Source: an uncultured Pelagibacteraceae bacterium (lineage in GTDB: Bacteria > Pseudomonadota > Alphaproteobacteria > Pelagibacterales > Pelagibacteraceae). Taken from it: a DNA stretch of 64,000 nt. The notes beneath the pieces are model-generated. The model was not told the DNA's origin. It worked only from the letters and a program-made list of their open reading frames with translations, and did not search any database. The translations under genes were made by a program, and so were the position numbers. Where the stretch lies: the NCBI GenBank assembly GCA_902537895.1, contig CACBCU010000001.1, positions 55,087 through 119,086 on the forward strand, read 5' to 3'. Shown in pieces: positions 38,801 to 49,744 of the stretch. Numbering within the stretch: the first letter of the stretch is position 1; each line of letters starts with the position of its first letter.

Positions 38801-39550
38801 CTAAATTACTTTAGCCTCATTTTTTAATTTCTGAACCAATTCAGACACACTAGCAACTTTAATACCAGCTTTTCTTTTAGGTGGTTCCTCAACTTTAATC
38901 TGCTCGATTCTTGCGCTTATATCTACTCCTAAATCTGACGCATTTAATTGTTCAATAGGTTTTTTTTTAGCTTTCATTATATTTGGCAATGAGGCATACC
39001 TTGGTTCATTTAATCTTAGATCACAAGTTACTATTGCTGGAACATTTATTTCTATTGTTTCTAAACCTTCATCTATTTCTCTTGTCACCTCTAACTTACC
39101 ATCTTTAATCTCAATTTTAGATGCAAAAGTAGCTTGAGGCCAATTAAGAAGCGCGCTTAACATTTGACCTGTCTGATTACAATCATCATCAATTGCCTGT
39201 TTGCCCATAAAGACTAGATCTGGTTTTTCTTTTTCAACAATTTTTTGTAATAATTTTGAAACAGAAAGAGGTTCAACAACACCTTCTGTTTTAACAAGTA
39301 TTCCTCTATCTGCCCCAACCGCTAATGCTTTACGAACTGTTTCTTGTGCTTTCTCTTCACCAATACTTACTGCTACTACTTCTGTGGCTTTGCCAGCTTC
39401 TTTAATCTTTACCGCTTCTTCAATTGCATTATCATCGGGTGGATTAGTCGACATTTTGACATTGTCAGTTACTACACCAGAGTTATCTTCTTTCACTCTG
39501 ATTTGTACGTTGTAATCAATCACTCTTTTTACTGCTACTAAAATTTTCAT
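38801..39550 (-). CDS. etfB: ETF beta subunit
   Basis: [38 protein letters not shown]. Confidence 0.96.
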   Translation of the reverse strand: MKILVAVKRVIDYNVQIRVKEDNSGVVTDNVKMSTNPPDDNAIEEAVKIKEAGKATEVVAVSIGEEKAQETVRKALAVGADRGILVKTEGVVEPLSVSKLLQKIVEKEKPDLVFMGKQAIDDDCNQTGQMLSALLNWPQATFASKIEIKDGKLEVTREIDEGLETIEINVPAIVTCDLRLNEPRYASLPNIMKAKKKPIEQLNASDLGVDISARIEQIKVEEPPKRKAGIKVASVSELVQKLKNEAKVI

Positions 39551-41982
39551 TAAGCTCTCAACAATTTATTCTCAGAATCATAAGGACTTTCATCAAGAAT
39601 TGTAGCCTCATACATCTTCCCAAGAATATCAACTTTTAGTTTCTCCCCAACGTTCGCCAGATCAGGTTTAACCATGGCTAATGCGATTGATTTATCAATT
39701 CTAAATCCGTATTCACCACCCGTTGCTCTTCCAACGACTTTATTATCCTTATAAATTGGATTATTTCCTAATACATCAGAGTCGGTAGTATCGTGCACTT
39801 CAAGAGTAACTAATTTGTTATCAAAACCTTTTTCTCTCCATTTATTTAAAGCCTCTAGACCAATAAAGTTTCCTTTATTTGGATGAACAAATCTATCTAA
39901 ACCAGATTCATATGGAGAGTACTCAATTGATAATTCGGTTCCTACAAGCTTGTAAGATTTTTCAATCCTTAAACTATTCATCGCTCTAATACCAAATGGC
40001 TTAATTCCCAAATCTTTACCTGCTTCCATCAATTTATCAAAAATATGATTCTGATACTCAATCGGGTGATGTAACTCCCATCCTAATTCTCCAACAAAAT
40101 TTACTCTCATAGCATTTACTGGTGCATATCCAACATTAACATTTTTTGCTGTTAACCATTTAAAATTTTCATTTGAAAAATCATCAGTTGAAACTTTTTT
40201 CATTAATTCTCTTGCTTTAGGACCTGCAACAACAAGAACTCCAGTACTGTTAGTTAAATCCTCAAAAATTACAGAACCATCTGTTGGCATCCATTTTTGT
40301 ATCCAGTCATGATCTAATCGTAAATTTGCACCTGCAGATACAAGATAATAACTATTTTCTGCCTCTTTCATAATTGTAAATTCTGAATGAACACCACCCT
40401 TTGTATTTAATGCGTGGCATAAATTTATTCTACCTATTTTTTTTGGAAGTTTATTTGCAACTAAATAATCAAGAAATTCCTCAGCTTTTGGTCCTTTAAT
40501 TCTACATTTTGCAAATGCAGTCATATCTAAAAGACCAACATTTTTTTTCACATTCTCACATTCTTTTTTTATTGCATCAAACCATTTTGATCTTCTAAAA
40601 GACCAATCATCTTTTTGTTCCATCCCATCAGTTGCAAAAAAATTAGGACGTTCCCATCCAAATTTTTGTCCAAATACAGCTCCTAAAGCTTTCATTCTTT
40701 CATAACACGGAGCGGTTCTTAAAGGTCTTGCTGCTGGTCTTTCTTCATCTGGATAATGAACTATAAAAACATGACTATAAGCTTCCTCATTTTTTGCTTT
40801 CAAATACGATTTAGTAGCATAATTTCCATAACGTCTTGGTTCTACACCCAACATGTCTATAGTTGGTTCTCCATCTACAATCCACTCAGCTAGTTGCCAA
40901 CCTGCACCACCTGCAGCGGTTATTCCAAAACTGTGCCCTTCGTTAATCCAAAAATTTTTTAAACCCCAGGCAGGACCAACTATTGGATTACCATCTGGAG
41001 TATAACAGATTGCTCCATTATAAACTTTTTTAACTCCTACTTCTCCAAAAGCAGGTACACGATGTATTGCTCCCTCAATATGTGGAGCAAGTCTATCTAA
41101 ATCTTCCTGAAATAATTCATACTCTGAATTTTTTGAAGGTCCTTCCACATAACAAGCAGGAGCACCATCTTCATATGGGCCTAAGATTAATCCACCAGCT
41201 TCTTCTCTCATGTACCATCTGCTATCACTATCTCTTAGAACTCCCATCTCTGGCAGTCCCTCTTTTTTTCTTTTTTGAATTTCTGGATGTGGCTCTGTTA
41301 CAATGTATTGATGTTCAACAGGTATGACTGGAATATCTAATCCAACCATTTCACCTGTTTGTCGTGCAAAATTACCTGAGCAAGAGATCACGTGTTCACA
41401 TTCAATTGAGCCTTTATCGGTTTCAACTATCCATCCATCTTTAGTTTGTTTCATAGATAAAACAGTTGTGTTTCGATAAATTTCAGCTCCTCTGTTTCTT
41501 GCTCCTGTCGCAAGGGCTTGGGTTAAGTCTGCTGGCTGAATATATCCATCTTCAGGATGTTGTATTGCTCCAACTAAATCGTCTGTATGACATAAAGGCC
41601 AAATTTCTTTTACCTGTTGAGGTGTTAAAAATTTTACATCAACTCCTATAGTTTTTGCTACGCCTGCATATTGATGATATTCATCCATTCTATCTTTTGT
41701 GCTTGCTAAACGAATGTTAGAAACTACACTAAAGCCAACATTTTTTCCTGTTTCCTCCTCCAATGTTTTGTATAAATTCACAGCATACTTATGAAGTTGG
41801 CCCACCGAATAACTCATGTTAAATAACGGCAACAATCCTGCTGCATGCCAAGTTGAACCTGAAGTGAGCTCTTTTCTCTCTACTAAAACCACGTCTGACC
41901 AACCTTTTTTTGCTAGGTGGTATAGTGCACTTACACCTACGACACCTCCGCCAACTACAACTACTTTCGTTTTGCTTTTCAT
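39550..41982 (-). CDS. FAD-dependent oxidoreductase/GcvT fusion (dimethylglycine dehydrogenase-like)
   Basis: [36 protein letters not shown]; translationally coupled to etfB. Confidence 0.9.
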   Translation of the reverse strand: MKSKTKVVVVGGGVVGVSALYHLAKKGWSDVVLVERKELTSGSTWHAAGLLPLFNMSYSVGQLHKYAVNLYKTLEEETGKNVGFSVVSNIRLASTKDRMDEYHQYAGVAKTIGVDVKFLTPQQVKEIWPLCHTDDLVGAIQHPEDGYIQPADLTQALATGARNRGAEIYRNTTVLSMKQTKDGWIVETDKGSIECEHVISCSGNFARQTGEMVGLDIPVIPVEHQYIVTEPHPEIQKRKKEGLPEMGVLRDSDSRWYMREEAGGLILGPYEDGAPACYVEGPSKNSEYELFQEDLDRLAPHIEGAIHRVPAFGEVGVKKVYNGAICYTPDGNPIVGPAWGLKNFWINEGHSFGITAAGGAGWQLAEWIVDGEPTIDMLGVEPRRYGNYATKSYLKAKNEEAYSHVFIVHYPDEERPAARPLRTAPCYERMKALGAVFGQKFGWERPNFFATDGMEQKDDWSFRRSKWFDAIKKECENVKKNVGLLDMTAFAKCRIKGPKAEEFLDYLVANKLPKKIGRINLCHALNTKGGVHSEFTIMKEAENSYYLVSAGANLRLDHDWIQKWMPTDGSVIFEDLTNSTGVLVVAGPKARELMKKVSTDDFSNENFKWLTAKNVNVGYAPVNAMRVNFVGELGWELHHPIEYQNHIFDKLMEAGKDLGIKPFGIRAMNSLRIEKSYKLVGTELSIEYSPYESGLDRFVHPNKGNFIGLEALNKWREKGFDNKLVTLEVHDTTDSDVLGNNPIYKDNKVVGRATGGEYGFRIDKSIALAMVKPDLANVGEKLKVDILGKMYEATILDESPYDSENKLLRA

Positions 41983-42037
41983 AATCTGATTCCTACTAAA
42001 TTTTCATTCATTCCGAAACAAAATTGTATCAAGAGCA

Positions 42038-42511
42038 TTATATTGAGCTACCCAATGACACAGGGCTTGAAACCATAGTTGTCAACCAGCAGTTTTTTAA
42101 AGGTCCATCCTCAGTATATTTTTCTACTTGCCAATTAAATTTATGATAAATTTTTTTTTTATCCAATATTATGACCTCAAATTGAGCCCAGCTAGCCCCA
42201 CTTCTTACCTGAGTAATTGTATGGCTTATGTGATCAATCATCATTTGATAATTATCACTTTTTATCATTCTTTTAAATCGATCTAGAGGACCAGTGACCT
42301 CTTTGTTATCAGGATGAGCAAAATTCCATGTCTGTTCTATCCCGCTATCCTTAAATCCATCATTATTTTTTTGTAAACCAAGTAATTGTATTTTCACAAC
42401 TTCAGAGGGACTAATTTTACTATTTGGTTTAATTAATTCTGCGTTAGAAACAGAAATAGAGATAAAAAAAATTGTTATAAATTTTAGTAATAAAAATTTT
42501 TTTCTTAACAT
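42038..42511 (-). CDS. Secreted hypothetical protein (DUF4864-like)
   Basis: Signal peptide; SPSEVVKIQL, WNFAHPDNK..GPLDRF. Confidence 0.7.
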   Translation of the reverse strand: MLRKKFLLLKFITIFFISISVSNAELIKPNSKISPSEVVKIQLLGLQKNNDGFKDSGIEQTWNFAHPDNKEVTGPLDRFKRMIKSDNYQMMIDHISHTITQVRSGASWAQFEVIILDKKKIYHKFNWQVEKYTEDGPLKNCWLTTMVSSPVSLGSSI

Positions 42512-42526
42512 AATCTATAATTTTAA

Positions 42527-42928
42527 TTAATTCAGGTATTTTTCTATTTCAAGCTTAGTACATTTATCTTCAATATAAATTATGTTATTTGCCTCAGCAA
42601 TTTTCTTGGCCTCAGAATTCTTTATATTTAATTGAAGCCATAAAACTTTTGCATTGATCTTTATAGCATCATTAACAATTTCAATTGCTTCATCTGATGG
42701 TCTGAATACGTCAACTATATCCACTGGCCCTTCAATTTCTGAAACTTTTCCATATACTCTCTCACCTAATATTACCTGACCTATAATAGTTGGATTAACG
42801 GGATAAACTTTATATCCATAATTTTGCAGATATTTCATCACTATTGTTGAGGTTTTATTTAAATCTTTGCTGGCTCCAACTAAAGCAATATTTTTATAAT
42901 TTGATAGAATGTCTTTGATATTGACCAT
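42527..42928 (-). CDS. CoA-binding protein (YccU-like)
   Basis: IALVGAS, YPVNP, VDIVDVFRPS, LWLQL, DKC; start at ATG 42928 preferred over 42991 because it avoids overlap. Confidence 0.85.
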   Translation of the reverse strand: MVNIKDILSNYKNIALVGASKDLNKTSTIVMKYLQNYGYKVYPVNPTIIGQVILGERVYGKVSEIEGPVDIVDVFRPSDEAIEIVNDAIKINAKVLWLQLNIKNSEAKKIAEANNIIYIEDKCTKLEIEKYLN

Positions 42929-42929
42929 A

Positions 42930-43700
42930 TTATTTATTTTTCCAAACAGGTCTTCTTTTTTCAAGAAATGCTGAAATACCCTCTTTTGCATCCATTGCCA
43001 TCATATTTTTTGTCATCATTCTACTAGTATATGCATAAGCTTTTCTTAACGGCATTTCTAATTGCTTATAAAATGTTTGTTTACCTATTTTAATTGTAAA
43101 ATTTGATTTTGATGCGATTTTTTTTGCAATCTTTAAAACTTCATTATTAAGTTTTGATTTTGGAAAAAAGTCATTAATTAGTCCAATTTCCTTTGCATAT
43201 TTTGCTGAAATCGGTTCACCAGTTAATAACATTTTCATCATTGGTTTTCTTTTTATTTTTCTGCTTACTGCAACCATAGGGGTACTACAAAACAAACCAA
43301 TATTTACTCCTGGCGTTGAGAACAATGCATCCCTAGAACTAAAAGCTAAATCACAACTTGCAACTAATTGACATCCAGCAGCGTATGCAGCCCCATGAAC
43401 TTTAGCGATAACAGGCTTTCTACCTTCCACAATAAGTAACATAAGTTTTGAGCATAAATTGAATAGCTTTTGATACTTCTTTTTTTTTTTTAAACTTTTT
43501 ACTTCTTTTAAATTATGTCCTGCACTAAAACCTTTACCTGCTCCCTCAATTATTATCACTTTTGTATTATTATCTTTATCTAATTTTTTTATTACTTTAA
43601 TTAAATCTGTTAAATTTCTGAATGATAATGAGTTATAAGTTTTAGGCTCATCTATTATTATTCTTGAAATATCTTTTTGATTATTAACCTTAACGCCCAT
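42930..43700 (-). CDS. Enoyl-CoA hydratase/isomerase family
   Basis: FSAGHNL, PVIAKVHG.AYAAGCQLVASCDL, TPGVNIGLFCSTP. Confidence 0.9.
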   Translation of the reverse strand: MGVKVNNQKDISRIIIDEPKTYNSLSFRNLTDLIKVIKKLDKDNNTKVIIIEGAGKGFSAGHNLKEVKSLKKKKKYQKLFNLCSKLMLLIVEGRKPVIAKVHGAAYAAGCQLVASCDLAFSSRDALFSTPGVNIGLFCSTPMVAVSRKIKRKPMMKMLLTGEPISAKYAKEIGLINDFFPKSKLNNEVLKIAKKIASKSNFTIKIGKQTFYKQLEMPLRKAYAYTSRMMTKNMMAMDAKEGISAFLEKRRPVWKNK

Positions 43701-43706
43701 ATGATT

Positions 43707-44081
43707 TTATTTAAGTTTACCTTCTTTTCTCATTTGAGCTCGAATTTTTGTTGCAGAAATTTCCTGGATTTCTTTTGATAATTCAATTTCCTCAATTTTA
43801 TAACCTACACCTCTACCATAACAAATATTAGTTATATTCGGAACTAACATAACCTTGAAACGTCCCTCAAATTCTGGATTAAGTCTATCTTCAATACTTT
43901 TTTTTACTGTCTCAAAATCAAAGGGGTTGTCGTCCACTCCTTGAACGTCTCTAATTTGGATACAAACTTGACCAGTTTTTTTTATTATTTCCTTAAATAA
44001 ATTATAGTGCCCGTCGTGAAATGGTTGCCATCTTCCTAACATTTGAGCAGTTGGTTTTTTATTGTCCCATTGATAAGACAT
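43707..44081 (-). CDS. Small HxGH nucleotidyltransferase (cytidylyltransferase-like)
   Basis: MLGRWQPFHDGH, DNPF, ISATKIR. Confidence 0.8.
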   Translation of the reverse strand: MSYQWDNKKPTAQMLGRWQPFHDGHYNLFKEIIKKTGQVCIQIRDVQGVDDNPFDFETVKKSIEDRLNPEFEGRFKVMLVPNITNICYGRGVGYKIEEIELSKEIQEISATKIRAQMRKEGKLK

Positions 44082-44488
44082 TATTTTAATTCCTCATATA
44101 TTTTTAATGACCAATTTTTAGCATCTTGTGTTGGAACATGAAAGTTATACTTGCTAGGTTTCACAAACATTTTATTTGTATCATCAAATCTACCTTCATT
44201 TATAGTGTCTACCCAAATTATATAATCTGCAGGAAATAAACTTCTTGCTTCAGGTGTCGGACAAACAAAATCTGCAACTACATGATGCCCTTGACTTTTG
44301 TATTCCTCAGCTTTACTCCACATTCTTTTTGCTTGTCTAACTCTCCCTTCTACAGAAAAATCCCAATCATTCGCTTCTTTCCGTACTTCATCAGCATTAA
44401 GCCATTTGGCTTTCAGCAAAGGCACTAAATGAGAAGCTAAAGTTGTTTTGCCTGCACCGGGCAAACCCATTATTAATATAATTTTCAT
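44081..44488 (-). CDS. Small P-loop kinase, adenylylsulfate-kinase-like
   Basis: MGLPGAGKTT, LNADEVR, DWDFS.EGR.RQ, ADFVCP. Confidence 0.75.
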   Translation of the reverse strand: MKIILIMGLPGAGKTTLASHLVPLLKAKWLNADEVRKEANDWDFSVEGRVRQAKRMWSKAEEYKSQGHHVVADFVCPTPEARSLFPADYIIWVDTINEGRFDDTNKMFVKPSKYNFHVPTQDAKNWSLKIYEELK

Positions 44489-45114
44489 TATTTTACTTTA
44501 TACAGACCTAACCAAGCATTGACATCTTTACTTGCGATGTAATCAGATTTAAAAAACTCTATTTCACTCCAAAGATTTGTTTTATTTAATTCTTGTATTT
44601 TTTTATCAAATCCATAATCTTTGTATATACCCTCATTAATAGTAAAACAAATTAAACCACCTTTTTTAGTTATTCTTATAAATTCATCCAAAGCATTTGG
44701 TTTTACATGGCCAAAAGTAAAAGTGCCAACACAAAAAATTGCATCGTAAGTGTTATCTTTTAAATTTATTGGTTTGTTTAAATCAGTCTTAAGCAGTTTT
44801 TTATATAAATTTGACGGAATGGTGTTCAGTAATTTTTGTGATAGATCTGCGCCATGAAAGTTTTTGAAACCAAATTTTTTTAATTCCAAGCCTACTAAAC
44901 CGGTTCCACAGCCTGCGTCAAAGATCAAAGCATCTTTATTTGTTCCATATTTCAAGAAAGTATTAACAGTTTCCTTAGGTCCTGTATAATTCCAATCAAC
45001 CATATCTTTATTATATTTGTCATTTTCACCCCACTCATCGTAGTAATCCATTACCTCTTTTGTGGTTTTTAATTTATAAATTGGTACTTTGTTTCCTACG
45101 TCCTTTTGTGCCAT
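44488..45114 (-). CDS. Class I SAM-dependent methyltransferase
   Basis: YYDEW, FDAGCGTGLVG, GADLS, VGTFTFGHV. Confidence 0.88.
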   Translation of the reverse strand: MAQKDVGNKVPIYKLKTTKEVMDYYDEWGENDKYNKDMVDWNYTGPKETVNTFLKYGTNKDALIFDAGCGTGLVGLELKKFGFKNFHGADLSQKLLNTIPSNLYKKLLKTDLNKPINLKDNTYDAIFCVGTFTFGHVKPNALDEFIRITKKGGLICFTINEGIYKDYGFDKKIQELNKTNLWSEIEFFKSDYIASKDVNAWLGLYKVK

Positions 45115-45178
45115 AAGACGATTATATTATAGGATGAATTTCTTTGACAGTATTTTCAAAAGATATAATTATCTAAAA

Positions 45179-45907
45179 ATGAAATTTTCTCTTGAAATAA
45201 GTCCGAAAACTGACCTAAACACAGTTCCAAAAGTTAGTGATGTTTATGTCACAATGTTGCCCGGTGGTGATTACAAAGAAACAGCTCAACAAGCAGTTGA
45301 TTTAGTTAAAAAGGGCTTTAACCCAGTTCCTCATTTTCCTGCTCGATCTATGCAAGATGAAAAACAGCTAAAAGATTATGTTTCAAGATGTAAAGACGGG
45401 GGTGTAAAACAAGTGCTAGTAATCGGAGGTGGTAGAGAGCCGATGGGAAAATTCGATAGCTCCTTCCAACTTTTAGAGACTGGTTATTTTGAGAAGATGA
45501 CAATAGGAATTGCTGGACACCCGGAGGGGAGTCCTGATATATCCGACTCAGAATTAGAAAAAGCTATGATAGATAAAAAACCATACGCTGATTATATAGT
45601 GACACAATGGTTGCTAGATCCTCAGCCTATTATAGATTTTATTTCAAAACAAAGTGTACCAGTTCATGTGGGAATTACTGGGCCTCTAAAGATATCAAGT
45701 CTAATAAAATTTGCAAATATCGTTGGAGCAAAAAATTCCTTAAATTTTCTAAAGTCTAATTTCAGTAAGGCATTAGATTTATTAAAACCTAAAGACCCAA
45801 ATGATTTAATTGGGAAAATTAAATCTCATACTAATTTTTTCCACATTTATACATTCGGCGGCTTGACGGAAACTAACAAGTGGTTGAAGGAGAACAAATA
45901 TGTCTAA
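45179..45907 (+). CDS. Methylenetetrahydrofolate reductase-like protein (short MetF)
   Basis: FSLEISP, PVPHFPAR, IAGHPEG, IVTQW, HIYTFGG; ATG 45179 preferred over 45089. Confidence 0.78.
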   Translation: MKFSLEISPKTDLNTVPKVSDVYVTMLPGGDYKETAQQAVDLVKKGFNPVPHFPARSMQDEKQLKDYVSRCKDGGVKQVLVIGGGREPMGKFDSSFQLLETGYFEKMTIGIAGHPEGSPDISDSELEKAMIDKKPYADYIVTQWLLDPQPIIDFISKQSVPVHVGITGPLKISSLIKFANIVGAKNSLNFLKSNFSKALDLLKPKDPNDLIGKIKSHTNFFHIYTFGGLTETNKWLKENKYV

Positions 45908-47258
45908 AGAATTTGATTATTCAAAATTAAAACATGCAACATCAGTAGATCAATCTGATCGAGAAGTACCTTATAACTTAAGACAAAGTGGACCTACCAA
46001 AGTTGAAATGCTTATATCAACAAGAGTTAGAAAATCACCTTATTGGCATTTATCTATGCAAGCAGGATGTTGGAGGGCAACAGTATATAATCGAATTTAC
46101 CATCCAAGAGGATATGTAAAACCTGAAGATGGTGGTGCGATGGTTGAATATGATGCAATAGTAAACCATGTAACAATGTGGAATGTTGCTGTCGAAAGAC
46201 AAATAAGGGTAAAAGGTCCAGATGCAGAAAAGTTTGTAGACTATGTAATAACCAGAGATGCAACGAAAATTTCTCCAATGAGAGCAAGATATGTAATTTT
46301 ATGTAACGCATATGGTGGAGTTTTAAATGATCCAATTCTTTTAAGAATCTCAGAAGATGAATTTTGGTTTTCTCTGTCTGACTCAGATATTGGCATGTAT
46401 TTGCAGGGTGTAAACGCTGATGGAAGATTTAATTGTAAAATTGAAGAAACTGACCATTGCCCAGTTCAAATACAAGGTCCTAAATCTAAAGCTTTAATGA
46501 AAGATCTTTGTGGTGATCAATTTGATTTGGATAACATGCCATTTTACGGATTAGCTGAAGCAAAAATTGGAGGTAGAAGTTGTGTAATTTCACAATCTGG
46601 TTTCTCAGGTGAAGCTGGATATGAAATTTATCTAAGGAATGCAACATTGTATGCAGATGATATGTGGAACGCTGTTCTAAAAGCTGGTGAGAAGCATAAT
46701 TTGATGGTTATTGCTCCAGCTCATCATAGAAGAATCCAAGCAGGCATACTTTCTTGGGGACAAGATATGGATCAACAACATAATCCTTTTCAATGTAACC
46801 TTGGTTATCAGGTTTCTTTGTCTGGCAAAGGAGAATGGAATAAAAAAACTGACTATGTTGGTAAAGAAGTTTTAGAAAAAATGAAGTCGGAAATACAAGC
46901 AGGAAAGAAACCTTACAAACTACAGTTAGTTGGTTTAGAATTAGGTGGAAAACCAATAGAAGATTATGCACCTGATTTTTGGTTGATCTCAAATAAAGAT
47001 GGTGGTGAACCAGTTGGATTTATTACCTCTCCTTGGTGGCACCCTGAAAAAAAGACTAATATTGCAATGGGTTATGTTCCTTTTGATGGAACTTTAAATG
47101 CTAATGGATTTCCTAAAGGAAAGGTCGGAACTAAATATAAAGTTCATTTACCAGAAAAATATTCAAATAGTCCAGGGAAACCGGTAGATGCTGTGATAGT
47201 TGATATACCATTTAAAGAATCTTTTAACGCAAATACCAGAGAGGTCGTTTCAGGTTAA
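45900..47258 (+). CDS. THF-dependent aminomethyltransferase (GcvT/DmdA superfamily)
   Basis: WNVAVERQI, GGVLNDP, QIQGP, SQSGFSGEAGYEIY, RRIQAGILSWGQD. Confidence 0.88.
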   Translation: MSKEFDYSKLKHATSVDQSDREVPYNLRQSGPTKVEMLISTRVRKSPYWHLSMQAGCWRATVYNRIYHPRGYVKPEDGGAMVEYDAIVNHVTMWNVAVERQIRVKGPDAEKFVDYVITRDATKISPMRARYVILCNAYGGVLNDPILLRISEDEFWFSLSDSDIGMYLQGVNADGRFNCKIEETDHCPVQIQGPKSKALMKDLCGDQFDLDNMPFYGLAEAKIGGRSCVISQSGFSGEAGYEIYLRNATLYADDMWNAVLKAGEKHNLMVIAPAHHRRIQAGILSWGQDMDQQHNPFQCNLGYQVSLSGKGEWNKKTDYVGKEVLEKMKSEIQAGKKPYKLQLVGLELGGKPIEDYAPDFWLISNKDGGEPVGFITSPWWHPEKKTNIAMGYVPFDGTLNANGFPKGKVGTKYKVHLPEKYSNSPGKPVDAVIVDIPFKESFNANTREVVSG

Positions 47259-47295
47259 TAGTTTCTTAAAAGAGATATTCTGCTTTTAAAATTAA

Positions 47296-47400
47296 ATGTC
47301 TAAAATTTTTTTAATTGCAATTTGCATTATCATTATTATTGCTTTAATAATCTTTCCATTAGTTGTTTCATATAAAGAGCAAAAAAATAAAAAAAATTAA
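47296..47400 (+). CDS. 34-aa single-TM microprotein (not in ORF track)
   Basis: MSKIFLIAICIIIIIALIIFPLVVSYKEQKNKKN*; stop abuts the ATG of the next gene. Confidence 0.55.
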   Translation: MSKIFLIAICIIIIIALIIFPLVVSYKEQKNKKN

Positions 47401-47943
47401 ATGTTTGGAGAGTTTTTAAATATTATCTTTAAATCCATTAAACTAGACAAGTCTCTTTACACTGATAGTAGAAATTTTGGCGAAGCCTCAATTTATTTTG
47501 CTGGATTAATAATGATCTTAGATGGGGTAGCGGGTGCTGTAGCTGCAAATACAGTCATCAAAACAGCTATCGGGATGTCAGGGTTAACTGCAATTTTAAC
47601 TTGGTTTATTTGGGCAATTTTAATTTATGTTTTAGGAGTAAAGATATTCCCTGATAAGCAAACCAAGGTTTCATTCAAAAAAGTTTTAACTGCTGTTGGT
47701 TTTGCTCATGCTCCAGGTTTGTTGAGGTTCTTCGCAGTCACACCTGAGTTAATGATACCAATAATTTTTATAACTCAATTTTGGATTTTTGCAGCGTTAA
47801 TTATTTCTATAAGACAAATCTTAAATTTTAAATCTAATTTAAAATCTTTAGGAATTGTTTTCTTATCATTTTTAATTATAGTTTTTATGTCAATTTCTTT
47901 TGTAATGAGCAGAATGAATGCTTTACCTGTAAATAGTATTTAA
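47401..47943 (+). CDS. Yip1-like membrane protein
   Basis: Multi-TM; VGFAHAPGLLR motif. Confidence 0.75.
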   Translation: MFGEFLNIIFKSIKLDKSLYTDSRNFGEASIYFAGLIMILDGVAGAVAANTVIKTAIGMSGLTAILTWFIWAILIYVLGVKIFPDKQTKVSFKKVLTAVGFAHAPGLLRFFAVTPELMIPIIFITQFWIFAALIISIRQILNFKSNLKSLGIVFLSFLIIVFMSISFVMSRMNALPVNSI

Positions 47944-48095
47944 ATTGGGAATATTGTTTTTGAGACTCTGCACGATTTACAAATTTTAAATCCTGTCAAA
48001 ATTAAATTTTGAGTAACACTCTCATCTTTTTTTTTGCACTCATCACATACATCGTCTAATTCTTTTAAATTATCAAAATCTTTATCTTTGCTCAT
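47940..48095 (-). CDS. 51-aa CxxC..CxxC zinc-ribbon-like microprotein (not in ORF track)
   Basis: MSKDKDFDNLKELDDVCDECKKKDESVTQNLILTGFKICKSCRVSKTIFPI*. Confidence 0.65.
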   Translation of the reverse strand: MSKDKDFDNLKELDDVCDECKKKDESVTQNLILTGFKICKSCRVSKTIFPI

Positions 48096-48197
48096 TTTAT
48101 AAAAACATTCTCAACAATATTAACACTTTTTTTTAGTTTTATTTATTATATTGAAATTTTTATTTAATTTTGAAATAAAGTTGTATTCAAACTTTCA

Positions 48198-48689
48198 ATG
48201 AAAAAAAATAAAAATCAAAAAGTTGCATTAGTAATGGGTAGTCAATCGGACTACAAAACAATGAAATTAGCTGCAAAAGTGCTTAAAATTCTTGGTGTTA
48301 AATTTGAAACTAAAATAATTTCAGCTCATAGAACTCCCAAAAGAATGTATGAATTTTCAAGTACAGCACAAAAAAATAATTATGGTGTTATAATTGCAGG
48401 TGCTGGAGGATCTGCTCACTTACCTGGAATGATTGCAGCTTTAACTTCAATTCCTGTTTTAGGTGTTCCAATTGAAAGTAAAAAACTTAAAGGATTAGAC
48501 AGTCTTTTATCAATCGCTCAAATGCCGAAGGGTATCCCAGTTGGAACATTAGCTATAGGAAATGATGGAGCCATAAACGCAGCATTGCTTGCTGCATCTA
48601 TAATTGCAAATAATAATTCTATCATTAGTAAGAGATTAGAAAAATGGCGTGCATCACAAACAAAATCTGTAAAAAAAAGACCTAAGTAA
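48198..48689 (+). CDS. purE: N5-CAIR mutase
   Basis: [36 protein letters not shown]. Confidence 0.96.
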   Translation: MKKNKNQKVALVMGSQSDYKTMKLAAKVLKILGVKFETKIISAHRTPKRMYEFSSTAQKNNYGVIIAGAGGSAHLPGMIAALTSIPVLGVPIESKKLKGLDSLLSIAQMPKGIPVGTLAIGNDGAINAALLAASIIANNNSIISKRLEKWRASQTKSVKKRPK

Positions 48690-48694
48690 GATTA

Positions 48695-49744
48695 ATGTCA
48701 GAAATAAAATTAGGTATTATCGGTGGTGGTCAGCTCGGGAGTATGCTTTCAGATGCTGCAAAAAAATTAAATATAAAAACAGTTATCTATTGCGATGATG
48801 TAGATGCACCAGCAAAAAATTTTTGTGATGAGTTCATTATTGGTAAATATGATGAAAAAGAAAAAATTGATGAGTTTATTGAAAAGATAGATATTGCTAC
48901 ATATGAATTTGAAAATATTCCATTTGAAACACTAAATGAAATTAATAAAAAAAAATCTGTATTACCGAAACCATCTATTAATAGACTAATACAGCACAGA
49001 TTAGCTGAGAAAGATTTTGTGAATAAACTCAATATTAGAACCACTCAATATGCTGCTATTGATAAAAAATCAGATTTAGACTCCTTAAAAGATCTTCTTC
49101 CAGGAATACTAAAGACAACAACTATGGGTTACGATGGTAAAGGTCAATACCCTATTAAAGATATTAAAGAAGTGGATGCGTTGAATGTAGATTTTTCCAA
49201 AGGCTACATACTAGAAAAACTAGTAAAACTTAAAAAAGAAATTTCAGTGATTATTACAAGATTTGGAACTAATAATTATGAAATTTATGAACCAATAGAA
49301 AATATTCATGAAGATCAAATACTTAAATACTCCAGTATACCCGCTGATATAAGTGAAAATATTTTTAAACAATCGAAAAATTGGGCTATGGATATTGCTG
49401 AAGAATTAAAATTTATAGGAACCCTTTGTGTTGAATTTTTTATTGATAGAAATGAAAATTTATTTGTTAACGAAATTGCTCCTAGAGTACATAATTCTGG
49501 TCATCTCACTATCAACGCTTATAATGTTAGCCAATTTGAAAATCATGTAAGAGCAGTTTGTTCTCTGGAAAAAGTATCTTTAAAAAAACTATTTAATGCA
49601 AAGATGGTTAATCTAATAGGAAGTCAGATTGAGCAATATAGAAAAAATAATAGTCTAGGTGAAAACGTATTTTTTTTTGATTATTTAAAAAAAGAAATTA
49701 AAGCTAAAAGAAAAATGGGACACATTACTACTTTGATAAAATGA
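48695..49744 (+). CDS. purK: N5-CAIR synthase
   Basis: GGGQLG, TYEFEN, GYDGKGQ, NEIAPRVHNSGH, RKMGH. Confidence 0.95.
   Translation: MSEIKLGIIGGGQLGSMLSDAAKKLNIKTVIYCDDVDAPAKNFCDEFIIGKYDEKEKIDEFIEKIDIATYEFENIPFETLNEINKKKSVLPKPSINRLIQHRLAEKDFVNKLNIRTTQYAAIDKKSDLDSLKDLLPGILKTTTMGYDGKGQYPIKDIKEVDALNVDFSKGYILEKLVKLKKEISVIITRFGTNNYEIYEPIENIHEDQILKYSSIPADISENIFKQSKNWAMDIAEELKFIGTLCVEFFIDRNENLFVNEIAPRVHNSGHLTINAYNVSQFENHVRAVCSLEKVSLKKLFNAKMVNLIGSQIEQYRKNNSLGENVFFFDYLKKEIKAKRKMGHITTLIK

Noticed and set aside
34528-44488. Prophage, suggested by phage-like oxygenases and the kinase/nucleotidyltransferase pair
   Set aside because: No integrase, structural or replication genes; these genes are embedded among housekeeping operons
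45089-45178. N-terminal extension of the MetF-like ORF (similarly 42929-42991 and 55416-55448)
   Set aside because: Upstream starts overlap neighbouring genes or lack an RBS; downstream ATGs fit better
45900-47258. Call as dmdA or gcvT
   Set aside because: 452 aa is longer than typical DmdA/GcvT, and no gcvH or gcvP is adjacent; left as family-level call
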